Origin: Gemmatimonadota bacterium
GTDB taxonomy: Bacteria; Latescibacterota; UBA2968; UBA8231
Assembly: GCA_038128265.1 (NCBI GenBank)
Contig: JAYPJE010000018.1
Span: forward strand, 12,555 to 76,554
Length of the DNA stretch: 64,000 nt
Reading direction: 5' to 3'
How positions within the stretch are numbered: position 1 is the first letter of the stretch; each line of letters opens with the position of its first letter. Under the pieces are notes generated by a model that saw only the letters and a program-made list of their open reading frames with translations, had not been told where the DNA came from and did not search any database. Below are positions 19,835 to 29,345 of this stretch, piece after piece. The position numbers and the translations under genes are program-made.

Positions 19835-20614
19835 TCACGCTATGTACAGGTCGGGGCGGCGCGTGGTCAGATGCGAACCGCCCGGCGAATTGCGCAGCGC
19901 ATCGACTTGTGATAGGTCAATATCAGTAACCGAATAGCGGGCTTCTGCGCTGCTTTCATCGCATAGGACATCGCCGTTGGGCGCAGTGACCAACGACTGC
20001 TGGGGATGCGTAAAGGCAATGGCAATTTCGCTCTCGTATGAGCGACAGCGCACGATGTATAGATTCCGTTCGTCGTGCATGCCATAGGTCGGATTAAAAA
20101 TCACCCGCGCTCCTTTCAGCGCCAGCGTGCGCACGGTTTCCGGCCAGCGGCGATCGGCGCAAATCATGACCCCAAATGGGCCAAAATCGGATGAGAACAC
20201 CGGCAGGCGCTGACCGATGGCATATTTGGTATCCTCGGCCATGAGGTGCGTCTTGTCATAGCAATCCACCAGCTCACCGGATCGATTGAGAATCAGTGCG
20301 GTATTGTAGGATCCCTCGGGCGCCAGCCGCGTGCAGCCAAATACGACCCACGCACCGCGCCGGCGCGCCCACGCCGATAGGGCATCTACATAGGGGCTGT
20401 CGTGTGGATCAATCGCATAGGCTCCCAGGTCGGCAGCCGTCACTGCTTTCTCGGTGACAATATAGCCGTCGAGAAAACACTCTGGCGTAATGAGCACGTC
20501 AAATTGCTCATGCTCCATGGAATCCAAAATGGACATCAACGCGTGAAAGTTTTCCTCCAGCTTGCCCTTTTCTGGCACCGCCCGCACCTGGGCAACGCGA
20601 ATGGCATTTTTCAT
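19835..20614 (-). CDS. Carbon-nitrogen hydrolase (nitrilase superfamily)
   Basis: Likely start MKNAIRVAQ after GGAGG; catalytic triad TPE / YDKTH / ICADRRWPE. Confidence 0.88.
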   Translation of the reverse strand: MKNAIRVAQVRAVPEKGKLEENFHALMSILDSMEHEQFDVLITPECFLDGYIVTEKAVTAADLGAYAIDPHDSPYVDALSAWARRRGAWVVFGCTRLAPEGSYNTALILNRSGELVDCYDKTHLMAEDTKYAIGQRLPVFSSDFGPFGVMICADRRWPETVRTLALKGARVIFNPTYGMHDERNLYIVRCRSYESEIAIAFTHPQQSLVTAPNGDVLCDESSAEARYSVTDIDLSQVDALRNSPGGSHLTTRRPDLYIA

Positions 20615-20770
20615 CCGGTTTCGAGCCTCCATTGGCCGCAAATTCAGCCGTCTAAGCGCGCACCGGTCAACGTGCCCCCAACCGATGTGCGCCGTTTTTA
20701 TCGTGCTCCCTAAGATATCGCTTTTGCTGTCAGTGCGTAAAATCGCGACCGTACTTAAGTTATATACCCC

Positions 20771-23347
20771 ATGATTATCCAGACAAAAAATGCGCGTGCC
20801 ATGCTGCTCTTTGCGCTGGTCATGCTCGCCGTTGGCCGCACGCCCATCACGGCTGAAGAACTGATCGTGTGGGGTACGCCCAACGATCGCGGCCTCAAAG
20901 CGGCGCTGCGCCAGTTCGAGGCCGAACACCCTGGATGGGAAGTCGTCACCTCCGCGGGCTCGAGCGGCGGCATGGACCCACAAAAGCTCATGTGCGGCAT
21001 TGCCGGCGGTAGCCCACCCGACATGCTGCAGCAGGATCGCTTTTCCGTGGGCGAATGGGCCGTGCGCGACGCCTTTATTTCGCTCGACGACTACGTGGCC
21101 GAAAGCGTTCGCCAAGAAGAGCGCGCGCGCACCGTTGGCGCGGCGCTGCAGCGCGGCGACCGCGCGGACGCGGCCAACGTGCTGGCTTCCCTTATATCGA
21201 CCCTGCGCCAACGCGGCCCGAGTCGACAGCTAGATGTCGCCCTGCAGCTTCAGGATGACTTGGACGGCGCAGAGCACTCCGCGCTCGTCGGGCGAGCAGG
21301 GGAATTGCTCTCCTTGATGCAGGGCATCCATCCAGAGAAATTTTTTGACGCCTGCTGGCAGGAAGCCAGCTTTGGCCAGGGCGATGGGCGCCGCGTATAT
21401 GCCATTCCCAACAGCACCGATAACCGCGCGCTCTACTACAACGAAGACCTGTTGGAACGCGCCGGATTGGTCGACGCACAGGGACGAGCCAAGCCACCGC
21501 AGAACTGGCAGGAGCTCAAAGAATACGCCGTGCGCCTGACGCAGTACGACGCCGACGGCAATATGACCCAACTCGGCTTTGCTCCCAACTACGGCAATAG
21601 CTGGCTCTACATCTACGGCTGGCTCAACGGCGGCCAGTTTATGAGCAACGATGGACGCACCTGCACGCTGGCCGAACCGCGCATTCAGGAAGCGCTGGCC
21701 TTTATGGTCGAAGTCTACGATGCGCTCGGCGGCATAGAGAAAGTCGACGCCTTTCAGAGCGCCTTTCAATCGGGCGAATTTGATCCGTTTTTCATCGGCA
21801 AGGTAGCGATGAAAATCGACGGCAATTGGGGCCTCAACAACATTGCCGACTACGCGCCCAACCTGCGCTTTGGCGTTGCACCGGCGCCCGCGCCCGAGGG
21901 TAAATCCCCAATCACCTGGTCGGGTGGCTTTTCCTGGGCAATACCAGCCGGCTCGCGCCATCCGGAAATGGCCTTTGAGCTGCTGCGCTTTCTCAACTCC
22001 GATCGCGTGTGGGCGCTGCGCCACGAGGTAGCCGCGCGCTATGCCTCAAGCCGCGGACGCGCCTACGTGCCATCGATGGCGCCGCTGCCGCACATCAACC
22101 AGCACACCTATCAGGCGCTGGTAGCCAACAACGTCGAGCTGCCTGCGCGTATCAAAAACAGCTTTCTGCTCTTCGCCGAACTGATGGGCGTTTCGCGCTT
22201 CCGACCGGTAACACCCGTTGGGCAATTGCTGTGGGACGAGCACGCCCGCGCCTACGAAAAGGCGGTGCGCCATACCTATTCGCCACAGGAGGCGCTGGAG
22301 CGCGGCCAGTTCAGCGTCCAGCGCGAGCTGGATCGCACCTACGGTCAAACGGAGCGCCAACTGGTCAACTGGAATTACGCGCTCGTCGGCGCCGCCGTTC
22401 TGGTAGCCGGCTTACTATTTGCCGCCTACTGGTTTGGCGGCCGGTCGCAGCTGCTTAACGAACTCAAAAAGCACGAGTCGCTGGCCGCCCTGTGCTTTGT
22501 CTCGCCGTGGCTCATCGGGCTGATCTTGCTAACGGCCGGCCCCATACTCGTATCTATTGTCTACAGCTTCTGTCGCTACGACGTGCTGCACGCCGCCGAG
22601 TTTGTCGGCTTCCAAAATTACGCGCGCCTCTTTAGCGACGACCCGCTGTTTTGGAAGTCGTTGGCCAACACGGCCTATATGATGCTCGGCGTGCCGCTGG
22701 GCATGGCCGTCGGGCTGGCCATCGCCATGCTGCTCAATACCGAGGTGCGCGGCATGCGCGTCTACCGCACGCTATTCTATCTGCCGGCCATCGTGCCGAT
22801 GGTTGCCAGCGCCATTTTGTGGATCTGGGTGCTCAACCCAGAGGTCGGCCTGGTCAACTCGCTGCTGCGCATGCTCGGCGTCGGCGATCCGCCCAACTGG
22901 CTGCAGAGCGCATCGTGGGCCTTTGGCTCGAAGAGCGCCATCATACTCATGGGCCTGTGGAGCGCCGGATCGGGCATGATCATCTGGCTGGCCGGCCTCA
23001 AGGGCATTCCCCAGCATCTTTACGAAGCCGCCGAAATCGACGGTGCAGGGCCGTGGGGGCGCTTTTTCAACGTCACCATTCCCATGCTCTCCCCCTACAT
23101 ATTCTTCAACCTGATCATGGGCATTATTGGCACAATGCAGATTTTTACGCAGGCCTTTATAATGACGCAGGGGGGGCCCGACGATTCGACGCTGTTCTAC
23201 GCCTACTACCTCTTCAACAACGCCTTCCGCTACTTCAAGATGGGCTACGCATCGGCACTGGCGTGGATTCTCTTTGTATTCATTCTCGCACTAACCCTTG
23301 TACAGCTCAAGCTGGCGCCGCGCTGGGTGCACTACGAGGCCGACTGA
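20771..23347 (+). CDS. Fused sugar substrate-binding protein + ABC permease (MalF-like)
   Basis: Signal peptide; SBP motifs (GSPPD, LYYNEDL, PQNW.EL, GKVAM.IDG.W, WSGGF) then a TM domain with FVSPW, RTLFYLP, LYEAAEIDGA, FKMGYASA. Start could be ATG 20801. Confidence 0.88.
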   Translation: MIIQTKNARAMLLFALVMLAVGRTPITAEELIVWGTPNDRGLKAALRQFEAEHPGWEVVTSAGSSGGMDPQKLMCGIAGGSPPDMLQQDRFSVGEWAVRDAFISLDDYVAESVRQEERARTVGAALQRGDRADAANVLASLISTLRQRGPSRQLDVALQLQDDLDGAEHSALVGRAGELLSLMQGIHPEKFFDACWQEASFGQGDGRRVYAIPNSTDNRALYYNEDLLERAGLVDAQGRAKPPQNWQELKEYAVRLTQYDADGNMTQLGFAPNYGNSWLYIYGWLNGGQFMSNDGRTCTLAEPRIQEALAFMVEVYDALGGIEKVDAFQSAFQSGEFDPFFIGKVAMKIDGNWGLNNIADYAPNLRFGVAPAPAPEGKSPITWSGGFSWAIPAGSRHPEMAFELLRFLNSDRVWALRHEVAARYASSRGRAYVPSMAPLPHINQHTYQALVANNVELPARIKNSFLLFAELMGVSRFRPVTPVGQLLWDEHARAYEKAVRHTYSPQEALERGQFSVQRELDRTYGQTERQLVNWNYALVGAAVLVAGLLFAAYWFGGRSQLLNELKKHESLAALCFVSPWLIGLILLTAGPILVSIVYSFCRYDVLHAAEFVGFQNYARLFSDDPLFWKSLANTAYMMLGVPLGMAVGLAIAMLLNTEVRGMRVYRTLFYLPAIVPMVASAILWIWVLNPEVGLVNSLLRMLGVGDPPNWLQSASWAFGSKSAIILMGLWSAGSGMIIWLAGLKGIPQHLYEAAEIDGAGPWGRFFNVTIPMLSPYIFFNLIMGIIGTMQIFTQAFIMTQGGPDDSTLFYAYYLFNNAFRYFKMGYASALAWILFVFILALTLVQLKLAPRWVHYEAD

Positions 23348-23348
23348 T

Positions 23349-25160
23349 ATGCCCCGGCTGCTCACCGCGCTGATCTTCTTTTTTGAGTGGTCTATTGCTA
23401 CTACGTTCGTCTTCGCCACGCTCGTTGGCGACCTCGAAGACGAACTGGCGACGCTCTCGCTGATGCTAGTCGCCGTAGCTGCGGCGAGCCTGCTGTTAGC
23501 CTGGAAATTAACGCCGGCAACGGCCTACAAAGTTGGCGTGCAGACGGCCCTCGTAGAAGGCTGCGTGCTCTTTGCCTTCCCCTTTGTTTGGCTGTTGAGC
23601 ACGAGCATGAAGTACGACGAGGAAATTTTCGTCTACCCACCGCGCTGGCTACCCTCCCTGCCGGCCAGCGTGCATTCGTCGCCCTATGCCACCAACGAGT
23701 CGGTGAGCGCCTTTGATCGCCCCGATGCTTTTTCCACTAGCCGATGGAGTACACTACTTGAGCGGGCACGCCCCGCGCTCTACCGGGCGGCACAGCCCTT
23801 CCTAACGGAGACAGAAGACCAACCCTGGCTGGGCGATGCGCTGACGGACGCGCTCTTTGCGGCCAGCGCGCGTGCCATGCCGATAGCACTATGGGAACAG
23901 GACGAAGATACGATCGTCGATGCCATCGAAGGGCGCGTCGACGCAGCCATGGTGCGCGATGCGATATCGATTGTGTATCGAGGCGTTGCCCTGCGCGCAC
24001 CGACGCTGCGCGACATAGCACAAAATAGCTACGCGCTGGAGGGAGCCGTAGACCGCTGGCGCGTAGTGCAGGGCGATGGCATGCTGCGCGCCGCCGATGC
24101 AAGCGGTGCAAGGGAGTGGGTCTACCAGTTTTCTGGAGGCGATGGCTTGGCCATTGAGGGAGATTTCGCACTGCCAGCCGATAGCACTGCGCTACTCGGT
24201 TTTACCCTGCCGCTGCGCCAGGACCGATCGTGGCACGCCTGGCGCATCGTGCTGGAAGTCGACGGCACGCGCTACGAGAGCCGCGACGCGCTCTACTGGG
24301 GCAAGCACCGCTGGCAGGAGGTGAGCTTTAAGCTGGCTTCACTCGACGCGCGCGACGAGCGCGAGTTGGGCGTCTGGCCGCTCTACGAAGCAGCGGATCA
24401 AACCAATGTGCTGGTCGAAGACGGAACGATGCGGGTGCGCATCGAAGTGGAGCGCGGATCGCGCTGGACCGTGCTCTGGCGCAAATATACCGACAACTAC
24501 TACAGCGCCTACATCGCTACCGAACACCGCTGGGCCTATGTCTACAACAGCGTGCTGTTGGCTTTTTTGACCATTCTCGGCCAGGTCTTGAGCTGCTCGC
24601 TAGCCGCCTACGCCTTTGCGCGCCTGCAGTGGCCGGGTCGCGACCTCATCTTTGGCGTGCTGCTCGCCACGATGATGCTACCCGGCCAGGTAACGATGAT
24701 TCCCGTCTTTATGATCTTCCGCACGCTGGGATGGTACAATACGCTCGAGGCGCTGTGGGTGCCCTCGTTCTTCGGGTCGGCCTTCTTTATTTTTATGCTG
24801 CGCCAGTTTATGCGCGCCATACCCGGCGACTTGGAAGACGCGGCCAAGATCGACGGCTGCGGTTTCTTTGGTATTTACTGGCGCATTATATTGCCGCTGA
24901 CGCGCCCGGCCCTAGCCGCCGTGTGTATTTTTACCTTTATGAACACTTGGAACGACTTCATGGGCCCACTGATCTACATCAACGACCAGCGCCTCTACCC
25001 GCTGGCGCTGGGCCTATTCGATTTCCGCTCCGAGCACGGCAGCGAATTCGGCATGCTGATGGCCGCATCGACGCTGATGACGCTGCCCGTCATTGCCATT
25101 TTCTTTGCCGCCCAGCGCTACTTTATCCAAGGCGTGACGCTCACCGGTATGAAGGGCTAG
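23349..25160 (+). CDS. Carbohydrate ABC permease (MalG-like) with ~270-aa inserted soluble domain
   Basis: FPFVWLLSTS.K…PPRWLP, then a long hydrophilic insert, then NS..LA, AAYAFARL, LEDAAKIDG, WNDFMGPL, QRYFIQG..LTGMKG. Confidence 0.87.
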   Translation: MPRLLTALIFFFEWSIATTFVFATLVGDLEDELATLSLMLVAVAAASLLLAWKLTPATAYKVGVQTALVEGCVLFAFPFVWLLSTSMKYDEEIFVYPPRWLPSLPASVHSSPYATNESVSAFDRPDAFSTSRWSTLLERARPALYRAAQPFLTETEDQPWLGDALTDALFAASARAMPIALWEQDEDTIVDAIEGRVDAAMVRDAISIVYRGVALRAPTLRDIAQNSYALEGAVDRWRVVQGDGMLRAADASGAREWVYQFSGGDGLAIEGDFALPADSTALLGFTLPLRQDRSWHAWRIVLEVDGTRYESRDALYWGKHRWQEVSFKLASLDARDERELGVWPLYEAADQTNVLVEDGTMRVRIEVERGSRWTVLWRKYTDNYYSAYIATEHRWAYVYNSVLLAFLTILGQVLSCSLAAYAFARLQWPGRDLIFGVLLATMMLPGQVTMIPVFMIFRTLGWYNTLEALWVPSFFGSAFFIFMLRQFMRAIPGDLEDAAKIDGCGFFGIYWRIILPLTRPALAAVCIFTFMNTWNDFMGPLIYINDQRLYPLALGLFDFRSEHGSEFGMLMAASTLMTLPVIAIFFAAQRYFIQGVTLTGMKG

Positions 25161-26185
25161 CGACCGGGGCCGATCACGCCCTCTTCCAACATAGTTAGCA
25201 GCGCCGAGTCGTCGACGTCGAGCGGCAGCACGACGCGTCCGCGGCGCCGGCTAGACTCATAGGTCGCAAAAATCAGCTCGGTCGCCTGCAGGGCCTTGCG
25301 CCCTGATAGCTCGGGCTCGCGGCCCGTTTCTAGCGCATCGATCAAGTCGAGAACGGAAAGCGCCGTATCGCCGCCCTCGGGCACCGCGCTGGCCAAATCA
25401 TCATCGGAGAAATCTTCCCACGATCCCTTTCCCTTGCGCAGCAGCCGCAGCGGAGCGCGCTGTGGACCGCCCACCTCTAGGATGCCATCGCTACCGCACA
25501 GGCGGTTGCGCGGACCCTGCATCATGGCATGGCCCGTAGCCAGCAACCCCTCTACGCCGTTTTGCCAGCGCACCCAAGACAGGCCGCTCGTCTCCAGCGC
25601 CACGCCAAAGACCTGGCTCTCTTCCTCGGCGGCAATTTGTCCCATGACCCACTCAGCCGGCTCATCGTTGTTATAGTAGAAAAACATATCAAACCAGTGC
25701 GTGCCCCAATCAAATAGGTTAGAGCACGCTCCCTCAACGCGCTGCAGCTGACCAATTGCCCCTTCGTCAAGTAGCTCCTTGGCCCGGACAAACTGAGCGC
25801 CAAACCGCCGCTGGTGGCAGAAGGTCAGGACGACGCCACGGTCAACGCACGCCTGGTATAATGCCTTGGCATCGCCCCACGTTGGCGCCATGGGCTTTTC
25901 GCTGTGAATCGCACGCACGCCGACGTGCGCAGCCGCTTCAATCATTTCGCGATGTTGACCAGTCCACGTGCAAACACTGACCATATCGAGCTCTTCGTTC
26001 TCCAACATCTGGCGATAGTCTTCGTAGGTCCGCTGCACCGAAAACGTCTTTGCAAAGCTGCTGCACGTTGATTCTATGGGATCAGCACAGGCGACGATTT
26101 CAACTTTGGAAGAGAGCGCATAGCCCTCGGCATGCGCGCGACCGCGGCCGCCGCACCCTATAATGCCCGCTCTATACGTAGCCAT
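25157..26185 (-). CDS. Gfo/Idh/MocA family oxidoreductase
   Basis: Start MATYRAGIIGCGGRG after AAGGA; EKPMA, HQRRF, DWGTH. Confidence 0.9.
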   Translation of the reverse strand: MATYRAGIIGCGGRGRAHAEGYALSSKVEIVACADPIESTCSSFAKTFSVQRTYEDYRQMLENEELDMVSVCTWTGQHREMIEAAAHVGVRAIHSEKPMAPTWGDAKALYQACVDRGVVLTFCHQRRFGAQFVRAKELLDEGAIGQLQRVEGACSNLFDWGTHWFDMFFYYNNDEPAEWVMGQIAAEEESQVFGVALETSGLSWVRWQNGVEGLLATGHAMMQGPRNRLCGSDGILEVGGPQRAPLRLLRKGKGSWEDFSDDDLASAVPEGGDTALSVLDLIDALETGREPELSGRKALQATELIFATYESSRRRGRVVLPLDVDDSALLTMLEEGVIGPGR

Positions 26186-26631
26186 CGTTGCTTCCTTTGC
26201 GCAGTAGGTGAAAAGAATCTCGCTGTAACTCGCCGCCAATATACGGCATAACGTGCGCGCGACCTATGCCGCAGTACCGCACGCCTAGTCCAGCGACCTA
26301 GAACCGACCTAGGGACTGAGCCCGAAGAAAATACCTGTGGCGGATGGCTACGCCTTGATAGCCGGCCTTTTGCCAAGAGTCAAACTACAGCAGCATGCCA
26401 CAGAGTACAGCCCGTTTGCCCCCAAAATAGACCCCAAAAACCATCGGCGGCCAACCTGCTTCTCACTCCTATCTGCTAGCTAAGACGAACCTGCCATGCA
26501 GCAAGCCGTTAGAAATAGAGGACCCCTGGATTGCATACCGCGCTCTTGGGTATATTATTGGCGACCAAACGCCGAACACGCATTCCGTGAGCCTGTGCCA
26601 AACGCCCCTACAACGACGATGGAGTTACGAT

Positions 26632-27453
26632 ATGCCCATAACCGATGCCCTGCCCGATATGCAGCGCCAGCTGGAATTCTTTCCCTGCACCAACAAACAT
26701 CCTAAAAAGCTGACGCTGGAACAGGTAGAGCAGTATAACCAGAAGGGCTATATAAGCCCTTTAGACGTTTTTTCTCCTGCCGAAGCCGCATCTAATCGAG
26801 CCTATTTTGACGAGTTAATGGAGAGGGCAAAAGAGGCCGGGCACTCGAGTTATTCGATTAACGGCTGGCACCGTCACTGCCGTGGTCTGTACGATCTGCT
26901 GCATGAAAAGCGCATTCTCGACTATGCCGAAGACCTGTTAGGACCCAACCTGGTCAGCATTATGACGCACTACTTCAGCAAAGAGCCCGGCGATGGCAAA
27001 CAGGTCAGCTGGCACCAGGACGCGTCCTACTGGCCGCTAACGCCAAGTAAAGTCGTCACCGTCTGGCTGGCCATCGACGACGTGGACGCAGATAACGGCC
27101 CTATGACGGTTATTCCCGGCTCGCACTTACACGGGCAAATACCCTTTGAGCGCAGCACGGCCGAGGAAAACAACGTGCTCGGACAGAGCGTGCACGATCC
27201 ACTCCAGTGGGGCGATGCCCCCGTGCCCTTTGTTATGAAGGCCGGACAAATTTCCATGCACACAGATATGCTGCTGCACGGCTCGGAGCCCAATCGCTCC
27301 ACGCGACGGCGCTGTGGCCTAACGCTCCGCTACATGCCGCCCGAGGTGCGAACGCGCGAAGCCGAGCACGCGCACGGCTATATCTGCCGCGGCGAAGACG
27401 AGAGCGGCTATTGGTTGAATTGGCCGGTGCCCGAAGGCGACGCGGTGCCCTGA
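26632..27453 (+). CDS. Phytanoyl-CoA dioxygenase (PhyH) family Fe(II)/2OG dioxygenase
   Basis: GGAG RBS; WHQD, VWLAIDD...NG…IPGSH, G..S.H...LHGS.PN.S..RR. Confidence 0.9.
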   Translation: MPITDALPDMQRQLEFFPCTNKHPKKLTLEQVEQYNQKGYISPLDVFSPAEAASNRAYFDELMERAKEAGHSSYSINGWHRHCRGLYDLLHEKRILDYAEDLLGPNLVSIMTHYFSKEPGDGKQVSWHQDASYWPLTPSKVVTVWLAIDDVDADNGPMTVIPGSHLHGQIPFERSTAEENNVLGQSVHDPLQWGDAPVPFVMKAGQISMHTDMLLHGSEPNRSTRRRCGLTLRYMPPEVRTREAEHAHGYICRGEDESGYWLNWPVPEGDAVP

Positions 27454-27476
27454 GTAAGGTAGGGGGAATCGCCTGT

Positions 27477-29345
27477 TTAGTAGGCGACGTTTACAATGCC
27501 CTGCCGGTAGAACATCCCAGCATCGGCGTCTACTTCAATCTGGTAGAGATACACGCCCTGTGGCACGGTCAGACCATAGCGATCGCGTCCGTCCCAGATA
27601 CGCGCAAAGCGACCGCTCTGATCGGAACCGGCAAATCCGCGCTGCACGCGCTTGCCGGCCAGATCGAATATCTCAAACAGCACCGGCGTCGGCTGATTTA
27701 GACGCAGCAAGTTGTAGGAGACGAGCAGGTAGTCGTTGACCCCGTCGGCGTTGGGCGTAAACACCCGAGTAGAGGCGCGAATATCGTCGACGAGGGGATC
27801 GTTGCGCGACGAGAGACGCACGGCCAGCGTGGCTCCGGGCGTGCGCGGATCGACGTCGCCGGGCTGGGCAAATTGGTAAATCGTTTCGCGCTCGTCAGGC
27901 GTTGCGCGCTCGTCGAGGGCCTGCACGCGAAAGGCCGTGCCGTCGGAAAATACGCGCGCGCGAAAAAAGACTTCGACAAAGCTGGCTTTGGGGTCGATGC
28001 GATCCCACAGATTGATTGAAAAGCCGTCGCCGGGATTGATGCGCGAAGTAAAGAGCGCATCGCGGTCTTTAACTAATACGCGATCGATAGCGACGATCTC
28101 AGCCGCCGTCTGTATCTCCATCTGGCGAAAGCCCGAGGTCGGCACGTTGGAATCTTCCAGCTGCTGCACCTGCAGCGCCAGCACAAAGTCGGTCTCCTGC
28201 CCAGCGTCGACGATTGTCGGGCTGATCTCCGCTTCCATGACCTGCGCCAGCGGCCAGCTGGTGTACTCGAAGTGCATGGTCTCAATCTTAAAGCCGGGCT
28301 CGTTCCACTGCAGGCGAAATTGGATGTATTCCTTGGGAGACGGAGAGATAATTAACCCGTCCGTAACCGCTTCCCAGGCGCTCCATTCGGGGTTCGGCAA
28401 GATCGGCCCGCGCTCGGCTTCGCCGCGCTCGACGTCGCTCAGGTTGACGATATTCTCCCAGCCTTTCCTACCCACCTCGCGCAGCGTCTGCGACTTGGTC
28501 AGACGCAAGAAGTACTGCACCGGCTTGGCATCCGGACCGGTGCGCGTCTGCACGGCGACGGGCAGCTCGTCGGGATCGCGGCCGTTAATGCGCAAACGCC
28601 CCCATACGGGAAAACCGCCAGGCACGGTGAGCGGTCGCGAAATAAACTCCACGGGGGCCACGCTGCCGTTGGCGATGATTTCAATCTCGGCAATTTCCCA
28701 CGGCCGCTCGTTGAGCGTGACCACGCGCACGTGGCGCATCTCCTTGTCGTCGCGCGGTTGATTGGGCAGCGGCCAAATGGCAATGCTCTGCGTATTGGGC
28801 GAGTTGACGTTGGCGTTAATGAGGAATGGGTTGCCGAAGGGCTCGGTGGCAATGGCATCGGGCGACGACAGCACCGACGGATCCTTGCTGTCGGAGCCAA
28901 GGGCGAAGGCCTGCACGTAGAGGTCGCGGTGGTCCGAGTCCAGGCGCGGAAAAAAGCGAATCTGCTGCACGCCAAAGTGACCGCCCAAATCGATGTAGAG
29001 AGACGACTGGCGCGCTATGCCGATCTCATCGGGGTTAAAGGCCGTATTGTCGTCGCCGTCAATTGCCTTGGCCATTGCTGCATTCGAGGCAAAGTCGAGC
29101 GTTGGCGTGCCGAAGGTAGTCGTGCCTTCAACTGTGGCAAAGACGCGACCACCGCGGGCGAGTGCGCGAGGCGCCAGGTTGTCGCCGGCCTGCACGTCCC
29201 AGGTCCAGATCGAGTCGCGTTCGACACCCATCTTGGTCGACTCTTCGATCACGGCCGTCCAGGGCAAGCCCCCCGGACCGATCACCATTTCTTCGACGGC
29301 CCATCCCCGTGCAAATAGAAGCGCGACAAGCAGCAGCGTTTTCAT
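27477..29345 (-). CDS. Family-A (subtype A3) exported protein with C-terminal FlgD-Ig/CHU_C-like domain
   Basis: Signal peptide; DSIWTW, IDGD..TAF, YIDLG..IRFFPRLD, QTRTGPD, WSAW, FTPNADGVND; ends VNVAY. Confidence 0.82.
   Translation of the reverse strand: MKTLLLVALLFARGWAVEEMVIGPGGLPWTAVIEESTKMGVERDSIWTWDVQAGDNLAPRALARGGRVFATVEGTTTFGTPTLDFASNAAMAKAIDGDDNTAFNPDEIGIARQSSLYIDLGGHFGVQQIRFFPRLDSDHRDLYVQAFALGSDSKDPSVLSSPDAIATEPFGNPFLINANVNSPNTQSIAIWPLPNQPRDDKEMRHVRVVTLNERPWEIAEIEIIANGSVAPVEFISRPLTVPGGFPVWGRLRINGRDPDELPVAVQTRTGPDAKPVQYFLRLTKSQTLREVGRKGWENIVNLSDVERGEAERGPILPNPEWSAWEAVTDGLIISPSPKEYIQFRLQWNEPGFKIETMHFEYTSWPLAQVMEAEISPTIVDAGQETDFVLALQVQQLEDSNVPTSGFRQMEIQTAAEIVAIDRVLVKDRDALFTSRINPGDGFSINLWDRIDPKASFVEVFFRARVFSDGTAFRVQALDERATPDERETIYQFAQPGDVDPRTPGATLAVRLSSRNDPLVDDIRASTRVFTPNADGVNDYLLVSYNLLRLNQPTPVLFEIFDLAGKRVQRGFAGSDQSGRFARIWDGRDRYGLTVPQGVYLYQIEVDADAGMFYRQGIVNVAY

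Noticed and set aside
20615..21211. N-terminal 199-aa extension of the nitrilase-family ORF
   Set aside because: Overlaps the SBP-permease gene on the opposite strand; the domain and RBS begin at 20614.
26632..27453. PhyH proteins as non-haem halogenases
   Set aside because: Both keep the HxD iron-binding motif rather than HxA/G.
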